This document shows positions 36,292 through 49,020 of a stretch of DNA of 64,000 nt, in pieces. Both the position numbers and the translations under genes were made by a program. The notes under the pieces are model-generated. The model searched no databases. It had not been told where the DNA came from and saw only the letters and a list, made by a program, of their open reading frames with translations. Origin of the DNA: Octopus bimaculoides (lineage: Eukaryota); the NCBI RefSeq assembly GCF_001194135.2, contig NC_068983.1:103824754-103888753 (forward strand). The letters are read 5' to 3'. Numbering within the stretch: the first letter of the stretch is position 1; each line of letters starts with the position of its first letter.

Positions 36292-36886
36292 TTTTTTTGT
36301 TATATTTCTGCTACTTTTAAATAAAGCATATTACTCTACCTCTGGTATTTGAGTACTCTTTTTTCCACCTTGTTGCACATTTCATGTGCTTACTCCGGTA
36401 TATATATATATATGTGCATCCAAAAGAAGTTCATTCAACTGATTAACAAAGACTCATTCACTGCCAATATATGACAACCTCTTCCTCTTATGGTGTTTCA
36501 TCTCTTTGTCTCTTCTATCTTGACTATAAAGGCCTCTGATTCCCAAAACTTGTTAACTGCATACACTACTCTTCATTGAGGCCTGTCTGATACACCTCTT
36601 CATATCATTCGTATTTGCTTTAGTCATCAAAATCTCCTACTAAACATTATTTTATAATCCTTCCTTCTCATATTTTCAACCATCTGAAATTCCACACTCA
36701 CTTTCATTTCTATAGACATCAACCACCAGATGTTCAGATAGTGCACCAACCACAAACTCCATTGATCTCACTTGTCTGTGAGGGCCTGCTAAGCTTGTTA
36801 ATATTGTTCTACTTCCATTGACTAACTTATAAAAAGACTTAGAGCATGTAATTTCATCTTCCTTTCTTCCAAGTCGAAACCCTGCT

Positions 36887-36940
<54 letters not shown>

Positions 36941-37261
36941 AATAAAATAATTACCAGTGATATAAAAAGTTAAATCTGCCTCAACCCTACAGGTTCATTA
37001 GACCAAAGATAATTCCACTTTCTGAGGTACTAAGCGATTAAACATATAAAGACTCCTCTCTGAAGAGGATGCCAGTCTGTCATAGGTTTTTCTCTAGCTG
37101 CTGCAGATGTTCATTTCAGTTGAGTGAACTGGAGAAATGTGAAATGAAGTGCCTTCCTCAAGACCACAATGTGCCACCCAGTCCTGAAACTGAACCTTTC
37201 AATCACAAATCCAACACTCTAACCACTAGGCTATGCACCTTCAGTTTTAGCCAGTGATATA

Positions 37262-37520
37262 CTATCATCATCATTGTTTAACGTCCGCTTTCCATGCTAG
37301 CATGGGTTGGACGATTTGACTGAGGACTGGTGAACCAGGTGGCTACACCAGGATCCAATCTGATTTGGCAGAGTTTCAACAGCTGGANNNNNNNNNNTAC
37401 ACCAGGATCCAATCTGATTTGGCAGAGTTTCAACAGCTGGATGCCCTTCCTAACATCAACCACTCCGAGAGTGTAGTGGGTGCTTTTACGTGTCACCCGC
37501 ACGAAGGCCAGTCAGGCGAT
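37262..37520 (-). mobile_element. Young RTE-type 3' tail (with gap-flanking duplication)
   Basis: tttaacgtccgctttccatgctagcatgggttggacgatttgactgaggactggtgaa. Confidence 0.85.
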
Positions 37521-38725
37521 ACTAAATTCTAAATTCAATAAATTATACTTTCTCTTGTATATAACTTAACATTCTGACAAGTAACAAGAAATCTATGATT
37601 ATTTTACATGAGAATAATAAACAGGATCAACATGCCTTGATGAAAGGTATTCTTCAATGAATGCTTTAAAGAAGGGACAAGTGATATTTATGATCTGCAT
37701 GTCTGACTATTAGTTGTATAGGGGGTTTCCCCTGCAAATTTGTCATTATGAACTTTAATCTCATTAATGTTGACCTCATATTTGTTATTGTCAACCTCAA
37801 TTTCATTAACATCTTAGTGTTTTCATTCTTTTACAGTTCTGTGACAAATAATCACTGGCATCAATGTCTGCCCCTAAAAAAAAATAAAGAAAAAATTCAC
37901 TCTATCCTAACCATGACAACATTTAAACCTGTAGTACTCAGATTTGTCTGTCAAATGTAATGCTTATTATTTATTCTTTTATTTGTTTCAGTCATTTGAC
38001 TGTGGCCATGCTGAAGCACTGACATGAAGTATTTCAGTCAAACAAATTGACCCCAGGACTTATTGTTTTAATTTTTAGCCTAGTCAATGTCTGTTCATAG
38101 AAACAATTTGCTCCATCCTACAATGACAATATTTAAATTGACAATGATAAAATTGAGATAGCCGACAACATGATTTAGACTAAGGATAATAAAACTGAGG
38201 CTGACAATGACAAATTTGACATTGACAAAATTGAGGTCAATAATGATAAATCTGGAGGGGAAAGCCTATATGTGATGTAAGATAGGAACAACTAGAAATG
38301 AAAGCTTTGTAATACATCCTGCTAGCTTAGTCTTTTAATGCAATAAACAAACAAACAAGTAGATAAATAAATAAAATCATATGAGAAGCAAATATTTCTG
38401 TACAAAGATCATTAAATGTGATTTGCAGAAATATTAGTTTCTATTTTTGAAAAAATAACAACAAAACTACATTTATGAATTCATGAATACAGTTCATTCA
38501 ACCAGTTAATTAAAAAGTACTCTAGATTTTGGACAATTCATTGGTTATTCCTCTTAGCCTTACATTATCTCTTACATTTTTAACCCTATTTAACTCTGTA
38601 AAACTGGTCAATCTTACACATATTGTTGTTGTCTATCAAATACCATTGACATTAAGTCATTGAGCTCATATCTGACTTGCTCTATTCATCTCAGTTTTGG
38701 GCCCATTACTGATGAGACACTTTAA

Positions 38726-39862
38726 CCTTTTAACATTTAAACTGGGCATAGGAAGTCATATCAAAAAGTTCATGGACTAATTCTTTAGTTCACCAACAGA
38801 TGGCAGCACATGGTTGCATATGCATAGTGAGCTAGCAGTGACCTTCATGAGGTAGTGGGCCAAATGACGTCACTGTGTTTAGTTTACAAGTTGTGAAATT
38901 TGTGTTTTTGTGATCATGTCCATGCTGTGGTATGTGATCTTGTCATGGACACATGGACAGGAAGGAACAATGAGCCAACATGAAAATTTGCATCAAACTT
39001 GAGGAGTCTGCTACAGAGACATTGAGCACGCTTTGCAAGCTTACAGTAACAAGACAACGGGTCGTATGCCATGTTTCAAGTGGCACAGGCACTTCAAAAG
39101 CAGAAGAATGTTCCTGGAAGATGATGAACAATCTGGAAGGCCTACCACAAGTGTCACCCCCGAAAATGTGGTATTGTGCATTGAGAATTCTTCCCCCAGG
39201 ACCTGACCATCAATTGAGAGTTCTACTGTGGTGGTTTGAAGCATTTGAGGGAGGACATTTGACAAAAGCAACCAGAACTGTGGAACGCAAATAATTGGAT
39301 TCTTCACCAAGTTCTCTTCACTTGTGAGTTCTCACCAAAAACAACATGGTATCACGTCCACACCCACCCTATTCACTAGATTTAGCACCTGCAGACTGAT
39401 ATCTCTTCCCCAAGATGAAAATGTAGCTCAAAGGTCACCATTTTAACACCATTGTCATGATCCAGAGCAAATTTCTGAAGATCCTCAACTTGCTTACGGA
39501 AAACAACTTCCAGGCCAGATTTCAAAAGTGGCAAGACCACTGGGACTGGTGTATTGCTGCACAAGGTGACTATTCTAAAGGAGATGATGTTAAAACTCAG
39601 ATAAATAAGTAATTTTTTATTAAACATTACTAGTCTGGGAACCTTTTGATACCACCTCATATGAAGCCAAAATATTCCACTTATTTTATGTTCAAACTGA
39701 TCAGATCCAGTCTCTCATACCTGCCCTATAATGTCATTGTAAAAAAAAAACAAACTTATCACATCATCAAAATCTCGAAACTCTGAAATGGTCCATGATT
39801 AATTCAAAGCAATGGGAATAAAGAAGCATGACATTTGACAGAGTAATCTGAATTCTAAAGGG
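38726..39862. mobile_element. piggyBac-like MITE split by a mariner insertion
   Basis: TTAA|CCTTTTAACATTTAAACTGGGCATA (38722-38750) resumes as TGAAGCCAAAATATTCC...AATTCTAAAGGG|TTAA (39662-39866). Homologous to the reverse complement of 7817-8019. Confidence 0.8.
38751..39659 (+). mobile_element. Internally deleted mariner element
   Basis: Imperfect TIRs TA|GGAAGTCATATCAAAAAGTTCATGGACTA and TAGTCTGGGAACCTTTTGATACCACCTCA|TA. Encodes EQ*ANMKICIKLEESATETL, LEDDE, PHPPYSLDLAPAD*YLFPKMK and FQKWQDHWDWCIAAQGDY. Confidence 0.88.
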
Positions 39863-40062
39863 TTAAGTTACTCTTATCACTTCTCTGCACTCAGTAATTA
39901 CTACTGATACCAATTAATATTGAAAGTAATCCCTGATATTTTGTATATTGTTTTCCTTTGTTTTAATCAGCAACACATTTTCATAATTAGAGAATATGTT
40001 ACTAGCTCCCTGAGAATATTAACATTAACGGAGTACCTTTCAATCTTTAACTATTTAATATA

Positions 40063-40120
<58 letters not shown>

Positions 40121-40133
40121 TGCATACACACAT

Positions 40134-40179
<46 letters not shown>

Positions 40180-40603
40180 GTTCATATACTTAATCTATGT
40201 GTGTTAAACGCTTTGAAGCTGTAGTACTCCATTCAGAAGAGACCCCCTTTAAAGATTAAATGTGTTAAAAAACACATGTATTTCAGAGCTTCTTGAAATA
40301 ATATCAATCCAGAAGTGAATGAGAGAGAGAGAGAGAGACAACTATTGATATTTCATGGTTATTTCTGCTCTTCGGTGTCATACATTCCTCCACCTCTGAA
40401 ATGCTATACCTCAGACAGCTAGAGGTATGTATAGAAACAGCGTAAAAACTATTCACTGGGATACAAAAGCGTTGAATAATGAAAACAAATTGCAAATTTT
40501 AACTTTGAAGCAGTTTAATACAATAAATATGTGATATTGGTAATGCTTACATTACTAAGCTGCTTCAAACATAAAATCTGAATACATGTATGTGTGTGTG
40601 TGT

Positions 40604-40674
<71 letters not shown>

Positions 40675-40684
40675 NNNNNNNNNN

Positions 40685-40749
<65 letters not shown>

Positions 40750-40752
<3 letters not shown>

Positions 40753-41150
40753 TAAGTAGCTTGCTTACCAACCACATGGTTCTGGGTTCATTCCCACTGC
40801 GTGGCACCTTGGGCAAGTGTCTTCTACTATAGTCTCAGGCCGGCCAGAGCCTTGTGAGTGGATTTGGTAGACGGAAAACTGAAAGAAGCCTGTCATATAT
40901 ATGTATATATATATATGTGTGTGTATATGTTTGTGTGTCTGTGTTTGTGTCCCCTCACCAACATCGCTTGACAACCGATACTGGTGTGTTTACGTCCCTG
41001 TAGCATTAGCGGTTCTGCAAAAGAGACAGATAGAATAAGTACTTGGCTTACAAAGAATATGTTCTGGGGTCGATTTGCTCAACTAAAGGCGGTGCTCCAG
41101 CATGGCCACAGTCGAATGACTGAAACAAGTAAAAGAGAAAAAGTGTAAAA
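40750..41150 (+). mobile_element. SINE family C
   Basis: ggtaagtagcttgcttaccaaccacatggttctgggttcattccc...gactgaaacaagtaaaagag. Further copies at 32005-32225(-), 37965-38070(-), 41530-41700(-), 52490-52740(-), 53460-53620(-), 55500-55720(+), 58480-58850(+), 60730-61125(+) and 63250-63390(+). Confidence 0.9.
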
Positions 41151-41464
41151 GTATATATATGTGAAGGCATGTGACCTAGTGGTTACACTGTTTCACTCAC
41201 AATCTAGCGATCATGGGTTCAAATTCCCAGACTGGGTGCATATTGTGTTCTTGAGCAAAACACTTCATTTCATGTTGCTCCAGTCCCCTTTCGATCAAGG
41301 TGGAATGTTCGCCTGCTCACCTAGCCAGTGGGATGGCATTATTTGATGGCTGAAACAATGCAAAACAATATTGTGACAAGTGATGTTTAACAGCACCTGA
41401 TAGTCTGGTCGGTCACATGATCATGTGATACACACACACACACATATTCTTTTATTCTTTTACT

Positions 41465-41540
<76 letters not shown>

Positions 41541-41694
41541 ACAGACTTCATTGAGTTTCCATCTACCAAATCCACTTACAAAGTATTGGTCAAGGCTATA
41601 GTAGAAAATACTTGCCCAAGGTGCTGCACAGTGGGACCGAACTCAGAACCATGTAGTTGGGAAGCAAGCTCCTTACCACACAGTCATGTCTGTA

Positions 41695-41749
<55 letters not shown>

Positions 41750-41999
41750 TATAAAACACATCTACATGCCCAAAATATGGAAAAATATTAATACAATTTC
41801 TTGTAAATTGATTATTGATATCCTACACAACTGACAGTGATAATATCTATATGAATGTAAAAGAAGAAAAAAGAGGGAAAAGAAAAAGAAAGAAAAAGAA
41901 AAGAGTTAAAATGTGCAATAAAAAATGATAGAATTCTTCCTAGTATTTTTCCAGGTGATAAAATAAAACTGACATATATATATAAGAAAGTGAATGACG

Positions 42000-42277
42000 T
42001 AGGAAAATTCCACTGCTTGAAGACAAGGAAAAAAGTGTATGAATAATTGGCTGATAGGTGGGAGCATAAACCTCTACATGACAAATATGTGGCCCATAGC
42101 TCATGTAGACCAGAAGCACACCCATCAGTGGTTACGGAGTTCTGGGCTAAAGGCAGAGAGTGACTGTTTCATCATAGTTGTTCAAGATCAAAGCTTATTG
42201 ACCTGGAATTACCAAGTCAATGTGATGAAAAATGGAGTAAACCCAAAGTGTTGATTCTGCAATAAGAATCTACCTTC

Positions 42278-42316
<39 letters not shown>

Positions 42317-42570
42317 GTAACAGTGGATCACCTAATCTCTGAATGTAAAGTTTTTGCACGAGTGGTGTATAAATCAAGACATGACAGTGTTGGCCAATAT
42401 CTACACTGGTTAATACATTGGCATTATAAAATCAAAACTGCTGACAAATAGTGTAAGTACCACCCTGAGGCTGTAACTGCGGGAGAAAATGTAACAATTC
42501 TTTGGGACTTACCAATACATACAGACAGAACCATCAAAGCCAATAAACCAGATATTGTTGTGAAAGACCA
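42000..42570 (+). mobile_element. Dong-like fragment (knuckle to endonuclease start)
   Basis: HTHQWLRSSGLKAESDCFIIVVQDQSLLTWNYQ..NPKC*FCN[insert]TVDHLISEC..RHDSVGQYLHW..ILWDLPIHTDRTIKANKPDIVVKD. Confidence 0.88.
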
Positions 42571-43043
42571 NNNNNNNNNNNNNNNNNNNNNNNNNNNNNN
42601 NNNNNNNNNNNNNNNNNNNNNNNNNNNNNNNNNNNNNNNNNNNNNNNNNNNNNNNNNNNNNNNNNNNNNNNNNNNNNNNNNNNNNNNNNNNNNNNNNNNN
42701 NNNNNNNNNNNNNNNNNNNNNNNNNNNNNNNNNNNNNNNNNNNNNNNNNNNNNNNNNNNNNNNNNNNNNNNNNNNNNNNNNNNNNNNNNNNNNNNNNNNN
42801 NNNNNNNNNNNNNNNNNNNNNNNNNNNNNNNNNNCGCTGTGAATTTTTTTCTTTTTTCTTTTTCTTTCATTCTTTTTTCTTTTTTATCTTTTTTTTATCT
42901 TTTTCTATGACATGATTTCATAAATAAACAATCTGGTGTGTTTCTTTTAATGGCCTACCAATGTATACAGTGAGTTTCTTTGCCCTAGGTGTCGGGAAGG
43001 CACTCAACAAAAAAATGGGAACAAAATAGAAAGAAGAAAATCT

Positions 43044-43101
<58 letters not shown>

Positions 43102-43129
43102 CAACAACACTAATAATAGTCCCTTTTAT

Positions 43130-43810
43130 TATAGGCACAAGCCTGAAATTTGAGGAAAGGCACTAAGTTAATTACACTGACCCCAATACTCAACTGGGAC
43201 TTGCTTTATCAATCCTGAAAAGATGAAAGGCAGTCAGCCTCAGTGGAATTTGAACTCAGAATGTAAAGCCAGAAGAAATTCTGCTGAGTGTTTTACCCAA
43301 CATACTAACAGTTTTAGTCGCTCACCACCTTAATGATGATGATGGTGATAATAATAATAATAATAATCCTTTCTACCATAAGCACAAGGCCTGAAATTTG
43401 GCGGTAGGGGGCCAGTCGATTAAATTGACCCCACTATGCAACTGGTACTTAATTTATCAACTCCGAAAGGATGAGAGGCAAAGTTGACTTTGGTGGAATT
43501 TGAACTCGGAACATGAAGATAGATGAAATACCGCTAAGCATTTCACCCAACATGCTAACAATTCTGCTAGCTTTCTTCCTTGATAATAATAATAGCAACA
43601 ATAATCCTTTCTATTATAGGCACAAGGCCTGAAGCTTTGGAGGAGAGAACTAGTCGATTGCATCAACCCCAGAATTTTACTGGTACTTAATTTATCGACC
43701 CCAAAAGGATGATAGGCAAAGTTAACCTCAGCGGAATATGAACTCAAAACGTAGCAATGGACAAAATACCACTAAGCATTTCATTCAGCATGCTAACGAC
43801 TCTGCTACCT
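43130..43810 (-). mobile_element. Three tandem SINE family A copies separated by (AAT)n
   Basis: Copies at ~43130-43330, 43370-43580 and 43600-43810, each beginning (plus strand) aat..cc.tt.t..cata.gcacaag.cctgaa. Confidence 0.88.
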
Positions 43811-43812
43811 TC

Positions 43813-43866
<54 letters not shown>

Positions 43867-44271
43867 TAAAAGATGGGTTACAGCAAATATTCTGCTTAAT
43901 ACCACAGATTTGCTTGTCAGTTATTTGACCGTAACCATTTGAGCATGTCCCTTAGTGGCTGATGATATGTGCATCCCTCATCATGAGCAGAAGTATTGGG
44001 GAGCATCATAGCCATATGTTGAGAGGTATTCNNNNNNNNNNNNNNNNNNNNNNNNNNNNNNNNNNNNNNNNNNNNNNNNNNNNNNNNNNNNNNNNNNNNN
44101 NNNNNNNNNNNNNNNNNNNNNNNNNNNNNNNNNNNNNNNNNNNNNNNNNNNNNNNNNNNNNNNNNNNNNNNNNNNNNNNNNNNNNNNNNNNNNNNNNNNN
44201 NNNNNNNNNNNNNNNNNNNNNNNNNNNNNNNNNNNNNNNNNNNNNNNNNNNNNNNNNNNNNNGCTACCTTC

Positions 44272-44324
<53 letters not shown>

Positions 44325-44325
<1 letters not shown>

Positions 44326-44778
44326 TAAAAGATGGGTTACAGCAAATATTCTGCTTAATACCACAGATTTGCTTGTCAGTTATTTGACCGTAACCATTTG
44401 AGCATGTCCCTTAGTGGCTGATGATATGTGCATCCCTCATCATGAGCAGAAGTATTGGGGAGCATCATAGCCATATGTTGAGAGGTATTCTTTTGGGATT
44501 TGGATAATTCCCCTTTGGAAACATGGGTGTTTCATTCAACATCCTTAAACAACCCTTATTCAGGGACTGGGCTACTCGACCTGAAGAAAATTCTAACTGG
44601 GTCTCACCTGCAAGGTCATGCACTGTTTATCTTGATATGAGATCACCATGTTGGGCACATATGGTTGTGTTGCATGTGCCTGGTGTACCCTTATCAGATG
44701 AGTAGCCATGATGGGTATACTGGGCTTCGTATATTTTACCCTAGTGTCACTTTGATAGCATGCACTGCTCTCTCACTC
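44325..44778 (+). mobile_element. Unclassified ~455-bp interspersed element flanked by (AAT)n
   Basis: (aat)n-ataaaagatgggttacagc...tgcactgctctctcactc-(aat)n. Other copies at 12275-12535(+) and 47048-47200(-). 43866-44031 is a gap-flank duplicate. Confidence 0.8.
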
Positions 44779-44816
<38 letters not shown>

Positions 44817-44864
44817 CAATAACAACGACAACAATAATAATCATAATAATAATAATTGCATAGG

Positions 44865-45600
44865 ATCAAAGCTTCCCCACTAGAAACCACCAAAAACAAA
44901 TAATGAAAAAAATACAATGAGTAACTTCAAAATATGTGGTAGTAAAAAGAAACAATAAATCATATTGTTTTTGGCTGCCCAGTCCTTGCCAAGAAGTGAT
45001 ACATCCACCGACATGACAGAGTTGAGACTTAGATATGCAGGAAGCTGTGCCAGCACTAAGGAATGACAATAGGAAAAAGATGGTATAGGCATACCCCAGA
45101 AAAGGTCTCAGAAAATGACAAAGCAACTATGCTCTGACATATGTCAATGCACACAAATAGAGAGATCAAGGCTAATATGCTAGATATTGCTGTCAGGAGT
45201 GACTAAGAAAAATAAGCCTTCTAACTGACATCTCAGTCCCAACAGATGACAATGTATCTCTAAAAGAAATGGAGAAACTCCTGAAATACAAGATCTGGAA
45301 ATAGAGAATGTAGTGGGTGGGGGGATAAAGATAAAAATAATCCCTATAATAAGTGTATTAGGCATGATTAAAAAACATACTGAGAAATACATGATTGAAA
45401 ACATACAGAGAAAATATCAGGACTTACAAATGTATATAACATGCAGAAAATAGTACTGCTAGGTACCATACATATCCTATGTAAAGCATTTTCAATCCAA
45501 TAAAAATAACAACACTAAAACAAACCATAGCACAAACCCAAGGCACACAAATGTGCACTCGGTAGTGCAGTGAAAACACATGTTAAAAATAAGACTACTG
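44865..45600 (+). mobile_element. Dong-like 3' end
   Basis: INHIVFGCPVLAKK*YIHRHDRV and ETPEIQDLEIENVV..IIPIISVLGMIKK, then a 3' UTR similar to 11396-11590. Confidence 0.8.
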
Positions 45601-45689
45601 AATGATGATGATGATGACGACAAGAATGGCAACGACGACGACAACAATGATAATGATGACGACGATGGTGGTAGTGATGAAGGTGGTGG

Positions 45690-46400
45690 TGGTGGTGGAA
45701 TTCAGTTTTCTTAAGTGTGATACTCTTGCCATGAAGAGAAGCGAATTGTTTGAGAAAGAAAGAATTGAGCTTCCTGCAGGTGAGAATATAAAACAAAGGA
45801 AATTAATAAGGAAGCTAAGAACAAATATTTAGGAGTTCTGGAAGCTGATAGCATAAAAGACAAAACCAAATGAAGCACACACTGAAAAATGAAAGAAGAA
45901 AGTCCAAAAAAATATATATATAAAGAAAAGGAAAGAAGAAAAGAGATATCAAAATTACACCTGAACACTAAAAACTGCCTCTGTCTCAAGCTTCCTATAC
46001 AGGGCAGGCACCATCAACTGGAACACCCAAGAACTACTGAATATTGCTAGGAAGACTAGAAAGTTGCTGATGATATATGATATGCTTTAGAAAAAATATG
46101 AAATGCTGTGATGATGGAAGAGGTTTGATAAGTGTGGAAGATTGTGTAGTGATGAAAGAACAATGTCTGTGCAAGTATGTGTCAGAAAGTAATGAAAAAG
46201 TATTGAGGGCTATGAGAAAAATGGAAGGAATAATAATTAATGCCATGAAAGAGAAAGACGATATCATGGAAGGCAGGAAAGAAATACAGAATAAGAAGAA
46301 AAATGCATGGAATTTTCTTCAGGAACACCACATTCAGAAGTATTTAAACTTGGAACTGGTTTACCCTTTACTATTTAAACCAGTTATATCCAGCTCATAT
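45690..46400 (+). mobile_element. Dong-like RT C-terminal fragment
   Basis: NKYLGVLEADSIK, ARKTRKLL and DGRGLISVEDCVVMKEQCLCKYVSESNEKVL. Confidence 0.8.
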
Positions 46401-47279
46401 ATGAGGGGGGGGGCTGAAAAGTTCCTGGATCTGGGTAAAAGCAAATACAGGTGGATCAGTTAATTAAGCTGCAGTCCATGCAAACTTTTAAACTAGCTCC
46501 CGTGGAGGGCTAATTGGGCCTGTGACCCAAAACTAAAGAGAGCAATTGGAGTTCTTTTAAAATTTGAATTCTTGACAGTTAGAATATAACAAATCCTTAT
46601 CCAGACCTGATCCTCATCCAGACCTGATCCCAATCCTGGATGTTCAAGAACCGAACAAAGGGCAGATTTTCAATCCCAGGACCATCCTGCTTCTAAAAAG
46701 GTATATGCCTATGTAGAACAAATATAGACTGAGATACAGGCGTCATGGACAGACAGACAGAGTTTCACATTTGTTATAATACGTCATGAGACAATGAAAG
46801 TTGTCAAAAATAATTAGGTAAAAGTTTTATGGAACTTAAAAACTCAGACAAGAAACTGTTATATTCAAGATTGGATGTTGTTGTGCCATAGAAACTTACT
46901 AGAGCTCATATGATAACACTGTGTAACACATTTTTTCTCCCTGAGTAGCAACTGTTATTTCTTTTCTGCTTACCCCTAGAAAGTATGAAAAATGGCTAAT
47001 ATTTCCTTCAACTTAGCTTTTGTTACATTTATTCAAATTTTCAAAAATTCCTCTCAACACATGGCTATGATGCTTCCCTACTACTCCTGCTCATGATCAG
47101 AGATGCACATATTGTCAGCTACTAATGGACATGCTCAAGTTGTTAAGGTCAGGCAACTGACAAGCAAAACAGTGGTATTGAGCAGAATATTTGCTATAAT
47201 GATATTTCTGCTTCAAAAAGTCAGAGTTGAATTTGTCTGAAATGTAATGGAAAATAGGTCAGTTTCAAATTATTGATGT

Positions 47280-47700
47280 CCAGGTTCCAAAAGTAAAGCT
47301 TGAAGGGAATAGTAGTCATTTCCTTTGATTTCTAGATAGAAGCAAATAAGAAATAACACTTACTGACCAAAGACAAAATAAAATGAAAAATTCTGTTACA
47401 CAGTCAAATAGTTCATTTGATACCAAAGAGATAGAAAAGGATAAGAAATTTAAGAAATACCAGGACCTAAAGCAGGAATTTAGAAGGCTTTGAAATTGCA
47501 GGAGGTAAAGGTAATTTCTGTTATAATAGGTTCACTAAGCACAGAACCTGAAAATGTCTCCAAAATGGTTTTCTATAATCAGTGTAACAATTACATATGA
47601 GGCACTACAGGAACAATTTCTCCTCACTACACTTAAAATCTCATAATATGTCTGGAATATTTGAAGACATAGGGCACAGCTTGATGTTCAATGAACAAAA
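47280..47700 (+). mobile_element. Dong-like endonuclease C-terminal fragment
   Basis: KEIEKDKKFKKYQDLKQEFRRL*N...VISVIIGSLST resembles K..KY.DL..E..RLW...+PVV+GALG. Confidence 0.7.
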
Positions 47701-47769
47701 CTGGTAAAACCACTAGCATTATTCCTGCATGACATATATACAAACATTACTAGATGCTCACACACTTAA

Positions 47770-47830
<61 letters not shown>

Positions 47831-47923
47831 CAGACAGTAAGAAAGAAAAGGAAGAGGGAAGGAGAGGGAGAGAGAGGGCAGCGTTATACATACATACAAA
47901 CATAACAAAATGCTCACACACAT

Positions 47924-47965
<42 letters not shown>

Positions 47966-48609
47966 CACATAAACAAGCATAATTGTTGCATGAATAGATA
48001 AAGATGGTGGTGGTGGTGCTGTTGCTGCTGCAGTGGGAGTAGTTTCTAATATAAGCATAAGGCTAGCAATTTTGAGAGGATGAAGGTTAGTCAATTCCAT
48101 TGAATCTAGTTCTTGATTGATACATTATTTTATTTACCCTGAAAGCTGAAAAGAAAAGTTAACTTTGCAGGATTTGAACTCAAAATTCAAAGATCTTGAA
48201 TAAACATCACTGTGACAGAGAAAGTGGTCAGAGGTACCAAGGAGCGGATATAGTGAGTGACTAACAAAGGTTGATGGTAAATTTGAGAGGATGTTCAGGG
48301 GAAAGGGGCATTCAGTGCAAAATTAAGTAATAAGGTATGATATTGAGGATTGCAGGATGGGTGACAAAAGGAAGTGGTTGAAAGGAAAGAGATAGTTGGT
48401 AACACAAAAGGGGAATAAAATATATGTAGTTCTGCTCTGATATAATTATAATAACTGAGTAAATGGTGCCACAGTTAGAAGAGGTGGGATGGGTGTTAGA
48501 GTAATAGAGAAGGTTTTACAGGGACAGATTAGATATGTGTGGTGTGGTGGGGGTAGACATAAGCAGTATGCTTTTGTGACCTTATTTTCTGCTGCAATGG
48601 AAGAGTCTT

Positions 48610-49020
48610 TTTGAGTACAGAGAATCTCCTATTGCTTCAGTCTTCTATCATCTTCTTCATGAGATGCAACATCCTGAGGCTGGTCTTCACTATTTCATTC
48701 CCCATCTTCCTCAGGGTCCGTCCGCATTTAGTGATTAGCACTTCTTTATGCGGCTGTCCTCATCCATATGCATCACATGACCATACCAGCACAGTCTTTT
48801 CCCTTGCACACTATATCTGATGCATTTTGTGCCCAGTCGTTCTCTCAACTCATTTGTAATTTGTCATACATGCACACTGACAAAGCACATTCAGCAGAGC
48901 ATGTGAGGTTCATTTCTTTCTAGTCTTCACATATTCTCTGAATTCTTGGTCTACATTATACTACCATGTAGCATTGCAGTTCATACATAAGCATCATGCA
49001 GCCTGCTTTTCACTCTGAGC
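48610..49020 (-). mobile_element. RTE-type LINE fragment
   Basis: Reverse complement is colinear with 24840-25200 and 28730-29100 (ggatgaggacagccgcataaagaagtgc..., gaggaagatggg). Confidence 0.8.

Noticed and set aside
43030-43870. CRISPR-like regularly spaced repeats
   Set aside because: The units are ~200-bp SINE copies separated by microsatellite in eukaryotic DNA, with no short repeat-spacer array and no cas genes.
44414-44450. ctgatga in the orphan element as a hammerhead core
   Set aside because: No stem II followed by GAAA is found downstream.
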